Shown one piece after another: positions 36,501 to 45,114 of a DNA stretch of 64,000 bases. The DNA comes from Lingula anatina (lineage: Eukaryota > Animalia > Brachiopoda), in assembly GCA_051362555.1 (NCBI GenBank), contig CM120640.1, positions 58,754,788-58,818,787 on the forward strand. The letters run 5' to 3'. Position 1 is the stretch's first letter, and the number at the start of each line of letters is the position of its first letter. A program made the position numbers and the translations under genes. Under the pieces are notes generated by a model. It ran no database searches, was not told the DNA's origin, and saw only the letters and a program-made list of their open reading frames with translations.

Positions 36501-37929
36501 AAATTGAATGGGAAGTCATATAATGGCAATCTAAATGTGACCTTAAAATTGACCTTTGACCTACTTTTCACTATGAACTGAACTTTGCAAATTTTGCTTC
36601 CCTTTTATCTCCAAAACTGGCAGAGATAGGTCCATAGTTTCTATTGAACTTGAATAGGAAGTCATATACTGGCAATCTAAATGTGACCTTGAAATTTACC
36701 TTTGACCTACTTATTATCATGAACTAAACTCTGCAAATTTCTTTCTCTTTTATCTCCAAACCTGGCAGAGATAGGTCCATAGTTACTATTGAACTTGAAT
36801 AGGAAGTCATATACTGGCAATTTACTGTGACCTTGAAAATGACCTTTCACCTACCTTACGATGAACTTAAATTTGATTGTACCATTTTTAGTTTCATATA
36901 TTTTTTGCATATATTGAAAATTCTTGTTGATTGCATGTTTACAGCTTGTCAAGCACAAGACTGGTGGCTGTGTCCCTTATTTTGTGTATGTGGGGGTCTA
37001 TACGAATGCGCTTGCTCCAGCTGGTGGTACAATATTCGGAGGTGGTATCGCCTCTCTGATCCTCTAGTTTAGATCTGTTTTTAATTGTGTTCCAGGCATT
37101 ACTTGCCAGCACCAGTGACCAACCCAGTGTATCCTCTAGGTAATGCTGGCAGGCAACAAGTGAAGCCTACAGAACATTGTTATGTTACTGTTTCTTTCAA
37201 GTGATAATGCTAATTAGACCGTCAGTAAAGTATATTTGTGGTAAAACTGAAATATTGATTTCATAACTGAAGCTGACAGATTGTCTTTCCTGGCAGAACT
37301 TTGAAATTTTTTTTGGCAAAACTTTGATTTTTTTGAGTGAGGCATATGATAATTATGAAATTAACAATCTGAATTTAACTTTTTTTAGCTCACAAAACAA
37401 CAGAAAACCCAGATTAAGTGGTAATGTAACAGTTGAAGATATTGGAGATGATTATATTGTTACAAGGAATGAGTCAAGTGATGAAGAAATAACAGATGGT
37501 GTAAACATTACTTCCAAAGCACCTGCTAGAAGACCCAGTAAAAGGAAACGTCATGAAGGTGAAGATTCTGATGTCATTATTATAACTTCTGATGATGAAG
37601 ATGATTTACCAGTTTCCAAGATTTCTCAAATAAAACGGGAACCTCAAGATGTTAAGCCATGTTTAGAGGAGCTAAATAATCAAACAGGTGTTACTACAAC
37701 ATATGCTAGCTCAAATGGTGCACAAAATCCAACTGAATTGGGATCAGGTTATCTGGAAGAAAATGAAAATTTAAAACGGGATTTACATAACCTTAGAAGG
37801 AATGTTGCAGAGTTGCTCAATTTCTTAAGCGCAGATGTAAAGATAGACTCAGATAACCTGCATCAAGTGGATGCTATTGTTGATGATCTGAATAAACAAA
37901 ATCGCATGGGGCAAGTGGAGGAAGTTTGA
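100..37929 (+). CDS. MORC3: MORC family CW-type zinc finger protein (MORC3/4-like), 17 coding exons, 776 aa predicted
   Basis: GT-AG exons with consistent phases: 100-126, 1513-1585, 1876-2008, 2225-2442, 21744-21891, 22233-22383, 22884-23012, 24041-24157, 30514-30611, 30922-31011, 32971-33105, 33359-33439, 33761-33806, 34121-34213, 34395-34601, 37096-37139, 37389-37929. Sum is 2331 nt = 777 codons including stop. Motifs: [46 protein letters not shown] (GHKL); HNKQDF (S5); WVQCD..C.KWR..W.C..N...C (CW); C-terminal coiled coil. An in-frame upstream ATG exists at 85, but only the ATG at 100 is conserved in the paralog. Confidence 0.92.
1513..1585 (+). CDS. MORC3: MORC exon 2 ([24 protein letters not shown])
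   Basis: tttcag| ... ATAG|gtac; start of the GHKL N-box. Confidence 0.92.
1876..2008 (+). CDS. MORC3: MORC exon 3 (DNAYDPD...DNGNGM...KMLS)
   Basis: cgtag| ... TC|gtgcgt; GHKL N and G1 boxes. Confidence 0.92.
2225..2442 (+). CDS. MORC3: MORC exon 4 (FGFCEK...[15 protein letters not shown]...)
   Basis: ttag| ... C|gtaag; GHKL G2 box. Confidence 0.92.
2609..3573 (+). mobile_element. Non-autonomous Helentron (HINE/DINE-like family A), 5' part
   Basis: T-run, palindromic subTIR/IR atgtacagacac...gtgtctgtacat, GC-rich microsatellite (gtcgcc/gatgcc), ~160-bp internal repeats (caggtcaagttcgaaaatc); homologous to 26320-27230. Confidence 0.8.
3595..3893 (+). repeat. ~140-bp tandem duplication (2 units plus a partial)
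   Basis: ggttaacagaaaagccaga...gaaatgtgcaactagaga repeated at ~3595 and ~3736. Confidence 0.85.
4377..7440 (+). repeat. ~850-bp tandem macro-repeat, about 3.5 units
   Basis: Anchor ttcttccag followed by ...cagttgaagtta at 4652, 5474, 6325 and 7195; (ATT)n tracts and an embedded inverted-repeat block recur in the first three units. Confidence 0.9.
4435..4576. mobile_element. MITE (GGG...CCC ends, 8-bp TSD), MULE/hAT-like
   Basis: atagtccgaag...cttcggactat inverted ends; tttgtgat duplicated on both sides; empty site in the neighbouring repeat unit (~5400); second copy at 52601-52758. Confidence 0.75.
7922..8132. mobile_element. Possible GC-rich MITE
   Basis: Imperfect inverted ends ttagatcgaccta / tagatcgatctaa around a GC-rich core. 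Confidence 0.4.
8627..9162 (-). mobile_element. Internally deleted mariner element with transposase C-terminal remnant
   Basis: Minus strand 8985-8695 reads [26 protein letters not shown]/(frameshift)[14 protein letters not shown]...[26 protein letters not shown]; ~40-bp imperfect TIRs flanked by TA. Confidence 0.88.
10280..18520 (+). CDS. Helentron (endonuclease-encoding Helitron) Rep/helicase/endonuclease transposase with OTU protease, 2746 aa
   Basis: Uninterrupted ORF. CxxC Zn/DUF6570-like region (12176-12720); [16 protein letters not shown] (13532-13936); HUH Rep FFCSFS / [16 protein letters not shown] / YxxxYISK (14600-15450); Pif1 SF1B helicase [44 protein letters not shown] (16500-17731); EEP endonuclease WN, FTET, IYRPP, GDFN, LDLVF, GDH (17880-18500). 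Confidence 0.95.
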   Translation: MPRLKKQSMVQRRAHQKKMIKKSRKRVTKDATSTIVPASAGTPTSVGSVKNCEITDRSSEITDITDRSSEITDRRSEITDRSSENTEKSNEITENTEITQITEKNSEITENTEKSENNAVIENTEFPEHTDIPIASDVTVHAAYTDASDKTDATVDTAYPVSLSATDAPGHSSKSIIYSDHFSPSDKSVKSNMPVNPKLSSVPHKLKKESVVFPEIQKNEPNMVTLKTSLKPVEKSVQYSKVGSMKKVPLTKHTGNTITSDSISSIFDKTNLHKPHLKRLHDEMKRQLKWTEDKQQSKIDAVNKTLLDTSLTGTSSTDRNILKREKNKIRMQLLRSDPQYRKAEQNAQRLKRSQVDEKSKILKHKQLKRSDPQFRKREQESQRLKRSQVDEKRKILKYNQLKRSDPQFRKREQESQRLKRSQVDEKSKILKYNQLKRSDPQFRKCEQESQRLKRSQVNEKSKILKYNRLKRSDPQFRKHEQESKRLKRSQVDEKSKILKYNQLKRSDPQFRKREQESQRLKRSQVDEKSKILKHKQLKRADPQYRKKEQESQRLKRSQSDMKTKILKHKHLKRSDPYYKVTERSNKRLKRSDPEFRKHEKKSDSFAKRNKRQKINTNLQQLIQQFHKKVAEGCIYTCCICQQLWYRHTVINSESIMNLENNAVKHCKETGDLFDSNWICLTCSSHLKKNKIPPCAMVNGLSFPEKPSFLDLKPLEWRLTSPRLVFMKLQQAPRGKQYKLEGNVVNIPADVTSTVTKLPRTEADSSTIKVQLKRNVKFKNYAYAQNVRPNKVLEAAAWLTANGKLYQEKGITVDTTWKLEENPCRSDTFEQTKKEHTTIYNLREEQIQNLLKEYVCVECPASCKNIQFSEEGHLMDQDGDFADEFYVILDKPYKYDPSVDVDKFVATIQSERKGAGFSKQPHIFGVPAFKSQERGRSRYRKKINTIRASSRERIEKLIAYKRHHILRKYKHLKLSYYGLFKRKKQGRTWYSRYFRTVKKIRHRVRNVSHLQKELSYLQQRHILPTYCESENEVQHIRTDNTSFHFMPVDALWQEKITKKLNLPLKRPHNWPETGSDILLTNPRQLKKVIGDGNCFFRSLSFTITGSDMLYDNNHIILRNKIVSHMKQLEYAFASSMLGDNDSTSANYIRRTRMDSVNVWGTETEILAAAHLLQTDIYVYCKPGDSWKWLKYSANFLDQNNHSHETAIYLQNTNSDHYDIVQSVCDSSLSADSIYKNLLQTKQVTRAKSDISKYLQENDTTDWDEIDEEEMKPGIRDTMLTGRDFLEDTEREKIYSFAPGQEGHPLSIFRDEHCEELAFPEIFLGNARPANQNRLVPVHYSDICKSELRRNDRRAAMCVDNIFFKAKKLQMKRLIGSASLAVRKHKTSGKKLTAGDLKQSGAIEKLLHFDEGYTFLKGVRGSPPYFEKAKKDLFAMIRQLGAATFFCSFSSAETKWNHLLGTLGQLVDNRHYSESELEQLSWDEKCRLIQSDPITCARHFDYQVQCLIHHFLCHKVAPLGKIQDFFYRVEFQHRGSPHIHMLLWIENAPIYGVNSNEDIIQFVDSTICCSKPNEDDPIKELVSYQTHKHTRTCIKNLKKSCRFHFPQPPMKKSIILKPLEDTSQKKEYAQVWTKIHNIINDKNFTCVSLTFEEFLNKVQVSEEDYILAVRSTIKTDTLFLKRLPCEIWINNYSRSCLQAWRANMDIQFVLDIYACATYIVNYISKGQRGMSDLLYQACKEAREGNSDIKQQVRHIGNKFLNNVEISAQEASYITLQLPMRRASRSFVFINTTPPEDRVRLLKPLEEIKELEDESDNIESSNLLKRYSRRLPSLDNISLADFAAYYDNNLNIIGGSKKRSSRILDTDGMPLEKHDLENFEDDIHDIPCETDIIKRKKAKIIRSVWFSESLYPEKHYRELLMLYIPWRNEESDILKKNFESYEQRCQHLENEIREQQRMYSPAKDELHRAMEDLNNMDSEDEDMWATVAPNTECQNEADQCEPSDVVQSSVGLSYDLAEDLGIHVSAKSCTEEEIVNKEIPDISYFKMIRNMNRQQLEFFHHVLHLIKSNSDPFHIFLSGGAGVGKSFVTRALYQGILKYLSSLPGEDFRTIRVALIAPTGKAAYNIGGHTIHSLLKIPANQSLKYKRLSADVLNSFRYKLGSLKVLFIDEVSMVGSKMLSFINERLKELKNNDRLFGGVSIVAIGDLFQLKPVFDNWIFENPNNDYYPLATNLWQKHFHMYELTEIMRQKDSKEFAEILNRLREGHHTDKDIKVLSERQLDQSKTSQQPLLHVFQTNSLVENFNHASYQNAKGEKFQIAATDTITGPVPKHLENNIRKQIPLDHKKTMNLRRILHIAVGERTEVVLNVDTEDGITNGAPNVVKLVDLDRQLIWVQFDAEDIGKNVRRMNKPLYNSKISKTWTPIFPVKRQFHLGKTGQYQVVRKQFPLQLSAAKTIHRCQGDTLKELVVDLSGRKNEHMHYVALSRVEKLEGLHILELNASKICISDKVKQEMKRLRQEAQLVKSISFLFEQPDDHFKIIHWNCCSLHKYIDDIRENLDVAKADVCAFTETRFAIKDLNTKYQLKDKYLHRNDSTLHRQHGTAIYSHHRYAENFPKNCNFSGIEITVTRLDQFPDLVVITIYRPPHGKMQVLLEALRNILDTIDKTDKCVIIGDFNVNWLHKNNANALRKMMCQDLMFTQHVTTPTTNYDSALDLVFTNFNHTDLKLIVLPTYFGDHFPVCLSFPKNCL
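10435..10660 (+). repeat. Coding minisatellite (SEITDR/SEITEN, ~21-nt units)
   Basis: gtgaaattactga repeated within the ORF N-terminus. Confidence 0.85.
11276..12091 (+). repeat. 102-bp (34-aa = 2 x 17-aa) coding tandem repeat
   Basis: [34 protein letters not shown] x7 plus 2 degenerate halves. Confidence 0.95.
20461..21698 (+). mobile_element. HINE family A, 3' part
   Basis: Homologous to 26968-28465; ends tgtctgtacat (subTIR), cagc-ttt-gctg hairpin, ccttgtttt. Confidence 0.8.
20583..20675. repeat. Perfect 37-bp inverted repeat with a 19-nt loop
   Basis: 20583-20619 is the exact reverse complement of 20639-20675. Confidence 0.95.
21744..21891 (+). CDS. MORC3: MORC exon 5 (...[12 protein letters not shown])
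   Basis: tttag| ... AG|gtac; phase matches exon 4 across the 19.3-kb intron; GT.I.I.NL motif. Confidence 0.9.
22233..22383 (+). CDS. MORC3: MORC exon 6
   Basis: cccag| ... AGG|gtac; LELDF..KPDDI...PEYTRSLR. Confidence 0.9.
22884..23012 (+). CDS. MORC3: MORC exon 7
   Basis: ttcag| [18 protein letters not shown]...YRPTWL |gtatcctt (U12 donor). Confidence 0.9.
23013..24040 (+). other. U12-type (minor spliceosome) GT-AG intron
   Basis: 5' site GTATCCTT; branch-site-like TGCCTTGAC at 24022-24030, ending 10 nt before the exon; no polypyrimidine tract. The same signals are in the duplicate (49094-49476). Confidence 0.88.
23346..23975. mobile_element. TTAA-specific MITE (Kolobok-like, AG...CT termini) in the U12 intron
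   Basis: ttaa-agtcataataactcttc ... gaagagttattattgct-ttaa; absent from the paralogous intron (49380-49420). Confidence 0.75.
24041..24157 (+). CDS. MORC3: MORC exon 8
   Basis: [10 protein letters not shown]...[23 protein letters not shown]|gtatg. Confidence 0.9.
26320..28465 (+). mobile_element. HINE family A, near full length
   Basis: tttttatgtacagacac ... ~160-bp repeats ... tgtctgtacatttgacagctttgctgccttgtttt. Confidence 0.85.
28600..29210 (-). mobile_element. Possible degenerate Kolobok/Mutator-like transposase 5' fragment
   Basis: Minus strand acidic tract then GYRLW...FRVCGG..VLVE, resembling the Zn-ribbon N-terminus; TTAA-GG end near 29206; heavily decayed. Confidence 0.3.
30514..30611 (+). 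CDS. MORC3: MORC exon 9
   Basis: [26 protein letters not shown]; AA|gtaag. Confidence 0.92.
30922..31011 (+). CDS. MORC3: MORC exon 10
   Basis: [16 protein letters not shown]; TG|gtaa. Confidence 0.85.
31065..32746 (+). mobile_element. HINE family B
   Basis: 5' IR gtaccgccagc...gctggtggtac, internal tgacctttgacc repeats, 3' subTIR, hairpin and ctagtt; empty T-rich site without TSD in the paralog (~50935). Confidence 0.85.
32971..33105 (+). CDS. MORC3: MORC exon 11 (CW zinc finger)
   Basis: [21 protein letters not shown]...[11 protein letters not shown]. Confidence 0.92.
33359..33439 (+). CDS. MORC3: MORC exon 12 (end of CW finger)
   Basis: [13 protein letters not shown]...TYKKQ; phase-consistent. 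Confidence 0.88.
33761..33806 (+). CDS. MORC3: MORC exon 13
   Basis: tttcag| ... CAG|gtag; 46 nt, phase-consistent, conserved in the duplicate. Confidence 0.75.
34121..34213 (+). CDS. MORC3: MORC exon 14 (coiled coil, phase 0-0)
   Basis: ctgcag| [22 protein letters not shown]...NNE |gtat. Confidence 0.8.
34395..34601 (+). CDS. MORC3: MORC exon 15 (coiled coil)
   Basis: ctag| ...[21 protein letters not shown]...QSE |gtagg; an alternative in-frame acceptor lies 15 nt downstream. Confidence 0.8.
34866..37069 (+). mobile_element. HINE family B with 146-bp satellite array
   Basis: Same termini; ccaaaactggca at 35881, 36027, 36173 and 36319 (146-bp period); empty site in the paralog at ~56240. 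Confidence 0.88.
37096..37139 (+). CDS. MORC3: MORC exon 16
   Basis: ttccag| [16 protein letters not shown]|gtaa; conserved in the duplicate. Confidence 0.75.
37389..37929 (+). CDS. MORC3: MORC exon 17 (SIM-like [11 protein letters not shown], terminal coiled coil, stop)
   Basis: tttttag| in frame with ORF 37324-37929; [16 protein letters not shown]. Confidence 0.85.
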
Positions 37930-39343
37930 CTTTATTTTAATCAGCTGATACCGACTAGTCAGTTCCTGTCACTGAAATCATCACCATGCAGTTACTTGTC
38001 ATCAAGTTAATTTGGTCAAAGAGTCACTTATTTCTTCAGACTTGCAGTACTAACCAGGACTAAAATACTATTTACTTGGAAAATGAACCTAGTAGGAGCA
38101 TTTTTTGAAAAAACATCTTATTTTAGCTTGCATTTTGCTATATTACTACCAGGATATGTAGAAAATGGATAACTTTTTTTTTATTTCAAATTAAGCAAGT
38201 CATGTTTGAAAATGGTCCTTATTTTGAAAATTTATCCTTTTCTTTTGACTTGAACATGTGGGTACATACGAAAATCTTGCACAGGCTCTATCCAAAACTA
38301 TGTTGGTTTTTATCAATACAGTTCTGTTGAAGTTACAGAACTGCAGTTGTGCCAAAATAAGCTGCAATTAGTTAGCAGCATTGTATTTTTTTTAAATTAA
38401 AATTTTGTACTTATAGTAAATGAATGCCTTTGCTCCTATTTTGGTGCTTATTTAGTATTTTTCAGTTATATTTCTTTTCAGTTATAGGTATGTATATATG
38501 AGCAGCTGTTCGTATACACTATTTCAGCAATGTTATTGAAAGTATAAACATTTAGTTTAAAGTACCTATAATAGCTCAGTGAGATGCATCTATAGGGTCT
38601 TTTGACTGATTAAAAAGACTGCTCATTTATCTGTTTAATACAATATAAAACCATGAATTCATAAAATATTTCTAGTACGGACCTACCATTTGGCCAAGAA
38701 TTGATGGCAACACAAGTTAAAAAGTTGTATGTCAAAGAATGTGTATACCTGAATCTGTGCTAAAACTAACTTTACTCCAACATGAACCAATTTGTATTTC
38801 AATATTTATTTGTGAGAAATACTAGCAAATATCTCAGGGTTACAAGAAAACACTTTCAGTGTGTTGTATCATTTTTTGCTAGTTGCAAAAAATGCATGTT
38901 TTTTGTTTTGAGGGGAAAGCACTCATGCATGTAGTTGATTTTCTGCTCTGGTGAGAATTGTGTCATCCTCTTGCTTTTAGAAGCCTTTGTTAGATTGTTA
39001 TAAGTTGCAGGGATGCAAACCATACATGTTTTTCATGCAATATCAGTTGCTGATTTCTTAAATAGAAGAAAAAAATGTATCTCTGAAAGCAATAACTTAT
39101 GGCTTAAATCTGTGCATTGTGACCAGACTGATTTATATTCATTGTGAATGACACAGTAGGAAAACTAGGGCTACAAAAGACAAATGTTTACTGCTGTACT
39201 TTTGACTTCTTGAAAACTTAGATGTATAGTACCATTCTTACATCTAGTGTGGAAGAAAATGAGAAAGATGGAAGCTGGATGTTAAAATCATGGACTAAAA
39301 AAGGTTCACACTCTTACATATTGCACTATGGAGTCTAAGACTA

Positions 39344-41213
39344 TTTAGTACCACCAGCATGTACGCTGGCGGTACTCATGGTTTTAGTCCCGACCCGTCT
39401 CGTCCGCGCCGCCGGCTCCGCGTACTGGCGCCGGATACAAGTCACCGTTACCGCTTCTCCTCCTAGACCGCAAGGACCCCTGTCCCCATCTCTTGGATTT
39501 AGGTCACATATAACCTCAACTTGAACCCCCAGGTTTTTTTGTCTCAGTCCGTGCATTGACCTGGGCGTGACGCTCGTTGAAATGCACCCTTGTCAAAATT
39601 TTTGAAAATTCAATGCCAATTATCTACCCTACTAAAGGAATTATGGGAAAATTTTCTACAGACGGCTGACCGAAAGTCATATGTGGAGATTTCAAATATG
39701 CCCTTGGATTTGATCTTTGACCTTTGCTTCAAGGTCAAATGGGCCAAAATTTTCAAAAAAACGAAATTTTTTTAAGAAAAAAAAATTTATTTGGGCTGAT
39801 ATTCAGAAACTACACAGACGTAACCAATAATATTATTGGAAAGTGTTACCCTTCGGGTCATCTTTCATCTCCGTGAATTTGGGGTCAATCAGTGCATTTT
39901 CACGGGAGTAGCGGCCATAAGATACCGAAACTGAAAACTGTCTCTAATTCGGGAACCGTTAATGCTAGAGACCCGTTCTTTTTTGCATTTTGTAGAGCAT
40001 GTAAAGCCCAACACTGGAAGTGGTCTCCGTTTTTTTGTATTCCATACGGTTTTCGTGTTATGCTGTATTAAAAAGTACATTGTGGTGGTGAAAGCAAAAT
40101 GTGCAGTATGGTAATGGATTTTAAATTTTGAACCCCAGGAAAATAAAACATAAGGCTTGGCAAGGCAGACAACTTCTGGTAAAAAATGATATTATTTCAT
40201 GAAATTTGAACATCTGGAACTTCTGACAACCTCCCGTTTCAAGAATTTCAACCAAAATGACCATTTCTTTTTAATAATTTTTTTCTGTAGGAAATTTATG
40301 GCACATTATTGTAACTCCAGAATTGTAACATTTAGTCCCTTATATCTCCAAAACTGGCAGAGATAGGTCAATAGTTACTATTAAAGTTGAATAGGAAGTC
40401 ATATATTGGCAATCTAAGTGTGACCTTGAAATTGACCTTTGACCTACTTTTCATCCTTATTTGAACTTTGCAAATTTTGGTTCCCTTTTATCTCCAAAAC
40501 TGGCAGCGATATGCCCATAGTTGCTATTGAATTTGAATAGAAAGTCATTAGAGGCAATTTACTGTGACCTTAAAATTGACCTTTGACCTACTTCTCACCA
40601 TGAACTGAACTTTGCAAATTTTTGTTCCCTTTTATCTCCAAAACTGGCAGAGATAGGTCAATAGTTACTATTGAAGTTGAATAGGAAGTCATATACTAGC
40701 AATCTAAGTGTGACCTTGAAATTGACCTTTGACGTACTTTACACCTTAAACTGAAATTTGCAACTTTTTTAATGCTTATACTTTCAAAACTGGCAAAGAT
40801 ATGCCCATAGTTACTATTGAATTTGAATAGAAAGTCATTAGAGGCAATTTACTGTGACCTTAAAATTGACCTTTGACCTACTTTTCACCATGAACTGAAC
40901 TATGCAAATTTTTGTTCCCTTTTATCTTCAAAACTGGCAGAGAAAGGTCTACAGTTACTATTGAACTTGAATAGGAAGTCATATGCTGACAATCTAAGTG
41001 TGACCTTGAAATTGACCTTTGACCTAATTTTCATCCTGATTTGAACTTTGCAAATTTTTTTTCCCCTTTTATCTCCAAAACTGGCAGAGATAGGTCCAAA
41101 GTTACTATTGAACATGAATAGGAAGTCATGTACTGGCAATCTAAATGTGACCTTAAAATTGACCTTTGACCTACTTTTTATGATGAACTGAATTTTGCTT
41201 GTACCATTTTTGG

Positions 41214-41257
<44 letters not shown>

Positions 41258-41464
41258 CCATATATATATATAACCATAATTTTTTTTTTTTTTTTTTGCA
41301 TATTTTGAGAATTCTTGTTGATTGCATTTTATAGAGCTTGTCAAGCATAAGACTGGTGGTGGTGTCTCTTTTTTTTTTTGGGGGGGGGGGGTCTAAATGA
41401 ATGCGCTTGCTCCAGCTGGTGTTACTATATCCGGAGGCGGTATCGCCTCTCTGATCCTCTAGTT
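39344..41464 (+). mobile_element. HINE family B with satellite array and (TA)n
   Basis: Same 5' IR and 3' gaggcg-gtat-cgcctc hairpin followed by tgatcctctagttt. Confidence 0.88.
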
Positions 41465-43499
41465 TTTTTTGTGTTCATTGTTTTTGAGCCTTATTTTTAC
41501 TTTTTTGTTTTTCTTAACCAAAACAGAGAAACCAAATTGGACCCTGAACATTAAATTTATATTACCCATAAGTAAGATTATAACTTCATTTTCTTACTTC
41601 AGCAAAATACATTTAGTAATAATTTTCTGCTAAACATAAATAGACTTTTACTTTTATATGCTTTAAAAAAAGAACTGCATATATATGTGGTAAAATATAA
41701 ACAACTATATATTCTATAAAAGGAATGAGTAAAAAAAAACAGCTGTTGTCAATATATTTTTATTAAGCATAAAAACAAATCTAATTTCACTTTTGCCAAC
41801 AACTTGTCCACAGTTACAATCTGAGTTACCTTTAGCACCAGCAAATACGATGAAAATTCCAAAAATGTAAAAACAGGCCTTTTGGAGACAAAAGCATGTA
41901 TCTGGCATGAAGACCTTAGAAATTTGAATTTGATACAAAGAATGAAGTAATTTTTCTTCAGTCAACAGCTTAATATTAAATAGTTTTTTTGCCTCCAATA
42001 ATTCGATGTCTAGCAGAACATCTTCATCAGGGAATGAGGCTATCCAGGTGAATAGCCTCTATTCAAGAAATGTACTTGTCCCCCCCCCCCCCTCCCACAC
42101 ACACACACACACCTATTGAAAAGGGAGCCAGAGGTCAGGGAGGATTGCACCATCATTTCTGTTAACACAGTTGATGAAATTTGTTTCTGAATTTGGTAAA
42201 AGAATTAAAATATAGATCACAGTGAACAAAATGTGACCCTCCCTTTCCCCCAAACAAATTTCCCAAGGCTGACCAAATTTTCTTTTATCTATTTTGCCCA
42301 AGTTAAATTGATGTGATACAGTTCAATTATATTAGTTACATTTAGTGCCTCGTTCTTATTTGCTTTATATGAAATATAAAAATATTTAAAAATATTTTGT
42401 TGGATTGTTAATTGCAGATGGTTGGCAATGAAATCATAATTATTATATTTATATTTTTATAATAATTATTATATAATGGAAAAGTTGAATTTAAGTTTAA
42501 TTTGTTACTTAATAAGTAAATTTGAATGTAAATTTAAATTGATAATCGAAGATAGCGCAAAAATTAATTTAATATTCCAATTATTCACAAGCCTTCCATT
42601 TTGATGGGCAATTATTGTGGATAAGCCCCCCCCCCCCAAAAAAAAAAATAATAATAATAAAATAATAATAATAATAATAATAATTACTTGGTTCTCAGAC
42701 CAATTTTTTCCACAAAAAAAAGATGGAGTAGTGCTTTTTTTTCCTTAAGTTCAGAAACAGGTCAGCGAGGGTTTTTTTTTTTTTTTTTTAACGATAACAT
42801 CACAAGTCTCCATTTTGTTCCTGCTCATCATAGCGGACACACTGCAATCCCTCAGTTTTTCTAGAAACATCTATTGCGTACCCACAGGAATGGATCCATT
42901 TTTATCCCATTATTTTTTAACTCCATGATGGTACCGAAAAACCACCAAAGATACTCCACGGTAAAGCCTCGGTCACAACTGGACGCACGAATTTTAGGAT
43001 CGTACGTCCCCTACGAATTTTGGGTGCAGCGGAGGCCGTGGAGTTCGTAGAGGAAAAAGAAAGGTTTGAATGGAAAGGCGCAAGTCTGCCTTGCGAGACG
43101 CAGGGGCCACGTAAGAGGGCCGCTATTTGCAGGCCGTGGAAATTGTACTCATTCATTGGGTTTGTTTTGCGGCCTGCGTACGTGGCACGCACTCACCACT
43201 TATGAAGAAAATGCAACGCACGCCGAAAGTACTTCCCTTTTGCATCTATTTTGCTTCACACTTGCCTCACACGTTTGTGATGACGTACATTGTAGTTAGC
43301 GGCGTACGTCAATTTTGCCTCCTGTTCTCCCTTTCTTTCCTTTTCCTCCTCCTTTCTTTTCTGCTCTCAAATTTTCTTTCTCTTGCCTTTTGAAGGCATA
43401 TTAAAGATGAATATATTGAGCAAACTTTGAAATTCCTGAAAATTATTGTACACGTTGAACAATAATCAGGTGTGGGGATGATGCATGTGCGACGCATTC

Positions 43500-45114
43500 C
43501 CGGTGTACCATGAAAATCTGACTCCCCTAAAATGTGACTCCCAGTCAGATTTTCATTATGAAAATGTGACTCCCCAGTCAGATTTTCATAATGAAAATGC
43601 GACTCCCCCTATGAAATTTTGACTCCCCCCCCCAAAAGAAAAAAAAAACATTCATTAATCTCTTTTTATTTGAGTATATGACTGTGATCTTGTAGTATGT
43701 AAAAAGGAGGATACATTGGCACTTTTTGTAGTTTGCAGGTGAACATTTTCATGAAAAAATAAGAAAATTAAAAATGTGCAATGAAAATCTGACTCCCCCA
43801 TGAAAATTTGACTCCCCCTCCACAAAACTTTTTCATTCAGCTTTGGGGAAAATAATGGGAAAAACAACAGCAAGTGTTTAGTTTGGTGTGCTATATATGA
43901 AAAATTAAATAAAAAGGCAATTGGGCCAATTTCTTGAGTTAAAAATGTAGCGTTTTGACATGGGAGTGCAAAACCTACAGGAAGTAAGATGGATACTTCT
44001 TTAAAAAAGATTCACCAAAATTTTCACCATCAAACTTTCAAATAATAACAAAATATACATCTCTACGCAAACTATGTGGAAAACAATGGTATGTTTACTG
44101 AATATAAAATAGGTCCTTATCTTCATGGGAGTCCAAATCTCATGGGTATAAAAATGAAGATTTTCATGATTTCTTTTTCATTCTTTCACTCACTATTTTA
44201 TCATCAAACTTTTAAATATTTCCAATATATTTTTCATAAAGTATTCTTATAGGAAAGGTGTTGAAATGATCATCAAATATAAAATAGATAGTTTTTTCAT
44301 TGGGGAGTCAATGGGTGATAAAATGCACATTTTTAATTTTCTTATTTTTCATTTTTTTTTTTTTTTTTTTTTTTTTTGCTTTTTCACCCAATATTTTACC
44401 ATCAAACTTTTAAATATTTCCAATATAATCTTTGTATAGTAAAAGTTCAGGAAAGGTGTTGAAATGATCATCAAATATTAAATAGATAGCTTTTTCATAG
44501 GGGAGACAATGGGCGGTTAAGTGCACATTTTAATTTTCTTATTTTTTCATGAAAATTTTCACCTGCAAACTACAAAAAAGTGCCAATGTATCCTCCATTT
44601 TACATACTACAAGATCACAGTCATATACTCAAAATAAAATAAGATTTATGAAGTTTTGTGGAGGAGGAGTCAAATTTTCGTGGGGGAGTCAGATTTTCAT
44701 TATGTGCACATTTTTAATTTTCTTATTTTTTCATGAAAAATTTCACCTGCAAACTACAAAAAAGTGCCAATGTATCCTCCATTTTACATACTACAAGATC
44801 ACAGTCATATACTCAAAATAAAATAAGATTTATGAAGTTTTGTGGAGGGGGAGTCAAATTTTCATGGTGGAGTCAGATTTTCATTATGTGCACATTTTTA
44901 ATTTTCTTATTTTTTCATGAAAATTTTCACCTGCAAACTACAAAAAAGTGCCAATGTATCCTCCATTTTACATACTACAAGATCACAGTCATATACTCAA
45001 AATAAAATAAGATTTATGAAGTTTTGTGGAGGGGGAGTCAAATTTTCATGGGGGGAGTCAGATTTTCATTATGAAAATCTGACTGGGGGAGTCAGATTTT
45101 CATGTCACACCCGG
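43500..45114. mobile_element. Foldback-like TIR element with 184-bp tandem repeats
   Basis: ccggtgtaccatgaaaatctgactcccc ... ggggagtcagattttcatgtcacacccgg; multiple gaaaatctgactccc motifs; three 184-bp units (44549, 44733, 44917) inverted relative to 43655-43830; superfamily not assignable. Confidence 0.75.

Noticed and set aside
35865-36860. CRISPR-like regular repeats
   Set aside because: Head-to-tail 146-bp monomers with no unique spacers, in eukaryotic DNA with no cas genes
42917-43497. Cluster of short ORFs in a CpG-rich patch
   Set aside because: No domain motifs or splice-consistent model; probably transposon-derived
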